A DNA stretch of 32,000 bases from assembly GCA_965219535.1 (NCBI GenBank), contig CBDCNV010000001.1, forward strand, positions 1,710,001 through 1,742,000, written 5' to 3'. Below, one piece after another: positions 27,603-32,000 of this stretch (position 1 is the stretch's first letter; every line of letters begins with the position of its first letter). A program made the position numbers and the translations under genes. Below the pieces are notes generated by a model. It did not search any database. It was not told where the DNA came from and saw only the letters and a program-made list of their open reading frames with translations. Origin of the DNA: Opitutales bacterium. Lineage in GTDB: Bacteria > Verrucomicrobiota > Verrucomicrobiia > Opitutales > PNEW01.

Positions 27603-29205
27603 TTAATACAATCCTCCCTATTCTAATACTCTCATCCCAACGTCTTGACAGTAAATATTCCATCGCGCTCTCCATTGCTAAAGGCGTTCCAATTCGCCGC
27701 AATGCAGCCAAGTCAAATGCGGCAACATAGCCATTGGGATCGGCCAATTTATCGATCAAGATTTCCTCTGCTGACGCGGCATCTTTCCCTAAACGCGCAA
27801 AAGCCAACGCTGCATTGACCCGGACTTGATCGTACGGTGACCAATCACGTCGAATAATAGTTTGCCATTCAGGTCTACCCATCTTGAGTAAGCGCCCAAG
27901 CGAAGGTAAAAATTCCTCGCTGTGTTGTTTTATCGTACCCAAGGCTTCCGTTGCCGTTCTCACCACGCAATGAGACGGATCATCCAGACAATGTGTCAAA
28001 ACAGGCACAGCTTTAGCTGCAGTTGAATCCATCTCACCCAGGGCGAAGGCTGCATTGATGCGCACCCACTCACTCGAATCATCTAATAGCCCAATCAGAG
28101 AATCCAATGACGGCTCACCATTTGAAGCTAGGGCAAAAGCAGCATCGTTCATCAATATAGAGTTTTCATTCCAAATTTCATTAGTGGGATCACCCGCTTC
28201 ACCCTTAGCCGAATCTTTAAGCGCGGTTACCAGAGGATCCACCGCGGGTTGACCCAGCGCACCCAGGGTGTAGATAGCTGTCAATCGCTCCCATTGCAAA
28301 TCGCAATTCAAGCGTTCGATCAATGTTGGTATCGCAGGCAAATCAACTGAAGTGGCAATCGAATGCATGGCCGAAATGCGGGTATCCAAATCGACGGCAT
28401 TCAGGGCATCCAGCGCCCCTTTCATAGAGTCAGCATTTGAAGCGTGAAAACTTTCATACCGATCCTTTTTTCCACACAGCCAATCCCAAATATGCGACCA
28501 CATCAGGTTTAAGTTATGAGAAGTTTCAAATTGCTCTGGATTTATCCAGGCTCGATCCTGGCAATCCCAAGAGGGTTCACTCGGTTCTTCAGCCCGCGCG
28601 TAAATAAATTTAATCATAGCACGAGGTTTATTAATCTTATTGATACCCGCGCCATGCCCGATATCAAAATGGCTAATCGACACCGTCCCCGCTTCTCCTG
28701 CAATTGGGACAGCTTTTTGTCGGTCTTCCTCGGGCAACACCTTGTGGCCGTATGAACCAGGGATTAAATGCGTAGGGCCAATCTCAACCGGTGAATCCTG
28801 TGGATAGTACATAATGCGTGCAAAGCGAGGGTAGTGTTGTCGCTGCCGTGCTAAGGGAGTATATCCATCCTGGTGACATTTTTGCGCTACCGGGACTGGT
28901 TCTCTGCCGGGGGGTATAAAATGAGAATGACGATTGGGGTGTTCAATATATCCCGGCCCGAGAACACTGATCAAAGCACCTCTCACTTCAGGGCTGTTCA
29001 ATACACGATCCATTTCTGGAACGCGAGGCAGCACATTATTGCCACAATTGAACTCTTCCTCCTCCATAAATTTAAGTTTCTCATGTACCACCTTGTGCAC
29101 CTCACCTGGCACATCAGGTTTAAAGATAACGTACCCATCCGCAACAAACTGTCGCATTTGCTTATCGTTAAAAAGTATTGGGTCTTCTTTCTTCCCATAT
29201 GCCAT
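27592..29205 (-). CDS. PhyH-like Fe(II)/2OG dioxygenase domain fused to a C-terminal HEAT-repeat domain (paralogue 1)
   Basis: 537 aa. The N-terminal half has 'FNDKQMRQFVADGYVIF', 'CHQDG' (HxD, His111/Asp113), 'GPTHLIPGS' and 'VSISHFDIGHGAGINKINKPR'. The C-terminal half has PBS-lyase-type HEAT-like repeats: 'EWVRINAAFALGEMDSTAAKAVPVLTHCLDDPSHCVVRTATEALGTI' and 'DQVRVNAALAFARLGKDA...LADPNGYVAAFDLAALRRIGTP'. Confidence 0.8.
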   Translation of the reverse strand: MAYGKKEDPILFNDKQMRQFVADGYVIFKPDVPGEVHKVVHEKLKFMEEEEFNCGNNVLPRVPEMDRVLNSPEVRGALISVLGPGYIEHPNRHSHFIPPGREPVPVAQKCHQDGYTPLARQRQHYPRFARIMYYPQDSPVEIGPTHLIPGSYGHKVLPEEDRQKAVPIAGEAGTVSISHFDIGHGAGINKINKPRAMIKFIYARAEEPSEPSWDCQDRAWINPEQFETSHNLNLMWSHIWDWLCGKKDRYESFHASNADSMKGALDALNAVDLDTRISAMHSIATSVDLPAIPTLIERLNCDLQWERLTAIYTLGALGQPAVDPLVTALKDSAKGEAGDPTNEIWNENSILMNDAAFALASNGEPSLDSLIGLLDDSSEWVRINAAFALGEMDSTAAKAVPVLTHCLDDPSHCVVRTATEALGTIKQHSEEFLPSLGRLLKMGRPEWQTIIRRDWSPYDQVRVNAALAFARLGKDAASAEEILIDKLADPNGYVAAFDLAALRRIGTPLAMESAMEYLLSRRWDESIRIGRIVLIAN

Positions 29206-29216
29206 GGCAAATTGAT

Positions 29217-30848
29217 TTAAAAGGTTCGATCTTTCATAAGACTGTCATCGTACCTTCTTGTCATCAAATATTCCAACACGCCCTCTATAGCCTTAGGGGT
29301 ACCAATGCGTCGCAAAGCTTCTGATGCAAAGGCGGACACATGGCCATTGGGATCGGCTAATTTGTCGAGCAATAATTCCTCTGAGGATGTCGCATCATTT
29401 CCTAACCGCGTCAATGCCATGGCCGCATTGATCCTGACTTGGTCATAAGGTGTCCAGTAGTTGGAACGAACAGGAGTTTTCCATTCAGGCCGACCGTCTT
29501 TGAGCAATCGTCCAAGCGAGGGCATAAATTCTTCGCTCTTTTGATGTATAATACTCAATGCGTCGGTTGCTGTTCTCACCACGCAATGAGAGGCATCATC
29601 CAAACAGCGGGTCAAAGCAGGCACGGCTTTAGCCGCCTCAGAATCCATCTCACCAAGAGCAAAAGCGGCATTGATGCGTACCCACTCACTCGAATGATCC
29701 AACAGACTAATCAGAGAATTCAATGAAGGTACTCCAATGGCAGCCAGTGCATGAGAAGCATCGTTCATCGAAATAGAACATTGCAGATCCGAGGAATCAC
29801 GCGAAAAATCTAAGATATTAGTCGAAAGGTCTTCATCTTTATCATTGGCTGAATCCTTAAGCACCGTTACCAGAGGATCCACGGCCGGCTGACCAAGCGC
29901 GCCCAGGGTGTAGAGAGCCATTAATCGTTCCCATTGTGGGTCGGAATTTAACCGATTAATGAGTGATGGGATCGCCCCCATATTTTTCAATGCAGCAATC
30001 GAATGCATGGCCGAAATTCGCGTATCCAGATCGGCGTCATTCAGGGCATCTAGCGTCTCATCGGTTGAATCAGCTTTGGTTGCGCGAAAACTTTCGTACC
30101 TATCCTTCTTTCCGCACAGCCAATCCCAAATATGCGACCACACCAGGTTTAAGTTGTGAGGGGCTTCATAGTTTGCCGGATTCCTCCACATTCTATCCTG
30201 GCAATTCCACGAGGGTTCCTTCGGTTCTTCGGCCCGCAGGTAGACAAATTTTATCATGTGCCTAGGTTGATTAAGCTTATTAATGCCCGCAGCGTGTCCG
30301 ACATCAAAATGCGTAATCGATACCATGCCTGCTTTTCCCGCGATTGGTATGGCTTTTTTGGGATCATCGGCGGTCAACCATTTTTGATACTGTGTACCCG
30401 GAATTGCATGGGTGGGTCCGATTTCAATGGGTGAATCCTGCGGATAGTACATAATGCGCGCAAATCGAGGATAATGATGTCGGGGCCGTCCTAAGGGGGA
30501 ATATCCATCCTGGTGAAACCCTTCATTCATGGATGTCTTCTGTTTTGTTTCAGGGCCGATATAATGACAATAACGGTGCGGGTGTTCAATATACCCCGGC
30601 CCGAGTACGCTGATTAATGCCCCTCTCACTTCCGGGCTGTTTAAAATACGATCCATCTCTGGGACACGAGGCAGCACGTTGTTGCCATAATTATATTCTT
30701 CATCCACCATATATTGAAGCTTCTCTCTGACTGTCTTGTGCACCTCCTCTGGTACGTCGGGTTGAAAGACGACGTACCCGTCAGCAACAAACTGACGCAT
30801 TTGTTCATCATTAAATAGCGTTGGCTCTACTTGCTTACCGTATATCAT
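29217..30848 (-). CDS. PhyH-like Fe(II)/2OG dioxygenase domain fused to a C-terminal HEAT-repeat domain (paralogue 2)
   Basis: 543 aa, colinear with paralogue 1 along its whole length and sharing the same motifs ('FHQDG', 'GPTHAIPGT', 'VSITHFDVGHAAG', 'WSHIWDWLCGKKDRYESF', HEAT repeats). It lies 11 bp upstream of paralogue 1. Confidence 0.8.
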   Translation of the reverse strand: MIYGKQVEPTLFNDEQMRQFVADGYVVFQPDVPEEVHKTVREKLQYMVDEEYNYGNNVLPRVPEMDRILNSPEVRGALISVLGPGYIEHPHRYCHYIGPETKQKTSMNEGFHQDGYSPLGRPRHHYPRFARIMYYPQDSPIEIGPTHAIPGTQYQKWLTADDPKKAIPIAGKAGMVSITHFDVGHAAGINKLNQPRHMIKFVYLRAEEPKEPSWNCQDRMWRNPANYEAPHNLNLVWSHIWDWLCGKKDRYESFRATKADSTDETLDALNDADLDTRISAMHSIAALKNMGAIPSLINRLNSDPQWERLMALYTLGALGQPAVDPLVTVLKDSANDKDEDLSTNILDFSRDSSDLQCSISMNDASHALAAIGVPSLNSLISLLDHSSEWVRINAAFALGEMDSEAAKAVPALTRCLDDASHCVVRTATDALSIIHQKSEEFMPSLGRLLKDGRPEWKTPVRSNYWTPYDQVRINAAMALTRLGNDATSSEELLLDKLADPNGHVSAFASEALRRIGTPKAIEGVLEYLMTRRYDDSLMKDRTF

Positions 30849-30888
30849 AGCAAAAAGTTCCTGAACTGCGTTTTATTATCAATCTGAA

Positions 30889-32000
30889 TTAAAATGTTCG
30901 ATCTTTTATAAGACTGTCATCCCACCGCCTTGTCATCAAATATTCCAACACGCCCTCAATGGCCAAAGGGGTACCAATGCGTCGCAAGGCTTCCGCTGCA
31001 AAGGCGGACACATGGCCATTGGGATCAGCTAATTTATCGAGCAGTAATTCCTCTGCGGATGTCGCATCTTTTCCCAAACGTATGAATGCCATGGCCGCAT
31101 TGACTCGAACCTGATCGTAAGCGGTCCAGTTCCGTCTTAGAGGTTTAAGCCATTCAGGCCGACCCTCTTTTAGTAACCGTCCAAGTGAGGGCATAAATGA
31201 TTCACTGTTTTTCTGTATAGTACTCAAAGCATCCGTTGCCGTTCTCACTACACTATGAGACGCATCATCCAAACAGCGCGTCAAAGTGGGAACGGCTTTA
31301 GCTGCATCAGAATCCATCTCACCCAAGGCAAATGCGGCATTAATGCGTACCCATTCATTCGAATTGTCCAACAGACCAATCAGAGAGTCCAATGATGCTA
31401 CACCCATGGACGCCAGTGCATGAGTAGCATCATCCATCGAAATAGCCCCTTCATTCCAAAATATGGTCATAGGATCATCATCTTTGTCGTTGGTCGAATC
31501 CTTAAGCGCGGCCAACAGAGGCTCGATGGCGGGTTGACCGAGCGCACCCAGAGTGTAGACAGCCGTCAATCGTTCCCATTGTGGATCGGAATTCAAGCGT
31601 TCGATGAGTGTGGGTATCGCATTTAAATCACCTGATGTGGCAATCGAATGCATCGCCGAAATACGGGTACCCAGATCGTCAGCACTCATGGCATCCAACG
31701 CCTCATTCATCGATTCATCTTTTGATGAACGAAAACTTTCATACGGATCCTTTTTTCCACATAACCAATCCCAAATATGTGACCACACCAGACTCAAGTT
31801 ATGAGGTGTTTCAAAAGTCTCAGGATCTCTCCACCTTTGATCCTGGCAATCCCACGACGGTCCGCTCGGTTCTTCGGATCGAGCGTAGATAAATTTTATC
31901 ATATGCCGAGATTTATTAACCTCATTGGCACCGGCGGCGTGTCCAATATCAAAATGAGTAATCGACACCGTGCCCGTTTTTCCTTCTAGTGTGATGCCAT
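30889..32000 (-). CDS. PhyH-like dioxygenase / HEAT-repeat fusion (paralogue 3), partial; the N-terminus lies beyond the right window edge
   Basis: The track starts it at GTG 31968, but the frame stays open to position 32000 ('..GITLEGKTGTVSITHFDIGHAAG'). That stretch aligns with 'IPIAGKAGMVSITHFDVGHAAG' of paralogue 2. The remainder is colinear with paralogues 1 and 2. It lies 40 bp upstream of paralogue 2. Confidence 0.8.
   Translation of the reverse strand, partial: GITLEGKTGTVSITHFDIGHAAGANEVNKSRHMIKFIYARSEEPSGPSWDCQDQRWRDPETFETPHNLSLVWSHIWDWLCGKKDPYESFRSSKDESMNEALDAMSADDLGTRISAMHSIATSGDLNAIPTLIERLNSDPQWERLTAVYTLGALGQPAIEPLLAALKDSTNDKDDDPMTIFWNEGAISMDDATHALASMGVASLDSLIGLLDNSNEWVRINAAFALGEMDSDAAKAVPTLTRCLDDASHSVVRTATDALSTIQKNSESFMPSLGRLLKEGRPEWLKPLRRNWTAYDQVRVNAAMAFIRLGKDATSAEELLLDKLADPNGHVSAFAAEALRRIGTPLAIEGVLEYLMTRRWDDSLIKDRTF

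Larger units (their letters stand above)
27592..32000. repeat. Gene-sized tandem repeat (period about 1.64 kb, 2.7 copies visible) formed by the three dioxygenase-HEAT paralogues
   Basis: The 36-nt block 'ccaatcccaaatatgcgaccaca[t/c]caggtttaagtt' recurs at 28480-28515 and 30120-30155 with 1 mismatch. A third copy at 31765-31800 has 4 mismatches to the second. Many other colinear near-identical stretches exist, for example 'gaatgcatggccgaaat' at 28361 and 30001. Confidence 0.85.

Noticed and set aside
26172-27606. Several long plus-strand ORFs antisense to the BVMO (156, 171, 110 and 79 aa). Similar antisense ORFs lie within mgtE, rpoD, dnaG and the dioxygenase-HEAT genes (e.g. 28873..29220, 29963..30265, 31608..31892).
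   Set aside because: All lie opposite genes with strong family motifs and have Ser/Arg/Pro-rich or otherwise atypical compositions with no motifs of their own. The antisense ORFs recur in the three paralogues simply because the sense sequence is repeated.
23965-32000. An impression that the oxidoreductase cluster is more GC-rich than the core region, as a horizontal-transfer signal.
   Set aside because: Hand counts of a few 60-nt lines gave overlapping values for both regions (roughly low 40s to low 60s percent). The evidence is insufficient without a proper sliding-window computation.
1-32000. A search by eye for CRISPR arrays, rRNA/tRNA genes, IS elements, integrases, toxin-antitoxin pairs and known defence-system genes.
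   Set aside because: I saw no short regularly spaced direct repeats, no structural RNA signatures, and no transposase, integrase or defence-family motifs in any listed ORF.

Overview
Densely coded bacterial chromosomal window with about 31 protein genes on both strands. I recognised no rRNA, tRNA, CRISPR array, transposase or integrase. Positions 1-22 kb look like core genome: a partial polyprenyl synthase, an FmdB zinc-ribbon protein, mgtE, an isochorismatase-family hydrolase, tatA, a dnaG-rpoD pair behind a TPR lipoprotein, and a PTS-EIIA::diadenylate-cyclase-like fusion. This part also holds rpmG (55 aa, missing from the ORF track), Mrp/ApbC, a TolB-like propeller, DJ-1/PfpI, an alpha/beta hydrolase, an aminotransferase, a eukaryote-like UDP-glucose 6-dehydrogenase, a mutarotase-like protein and a HIBADH-family reductase. 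Positions 22.0-24.9 kb form a decay zone. It contains two long AT-rich spacers, a response regulator broken by two compensating frameshifts and lacking its HTH, a lone prepilin-type protein, and a frameshifted PhyH dioxygenase. Positions 24.0-32.0 kb are a same-strand (minus) oxidoreductase cluster: PhyH (broken), Zn-dependent ADH, a type I Baeyer-Villiger monooxygenase with both fingerprint motifs, and three head-to-tail paralogues of an unusual fusion. Each paralogue joins a PhyH-like Fe(II)/2-oxoglutarate dioxygenase N-terminal half to a HEAT-repeat C-terminal half, and the third runs off the window edge. This tandem fusion array and its operon context is my best candidate for an undescribed system. 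Its function is inferred only. The prepilin-type N-terminus and overall gene content suggest a PVC-group (Verrucomicrobiota-like) organism, but that is a weak inference. All calls come from reading the translations; no database search was run.
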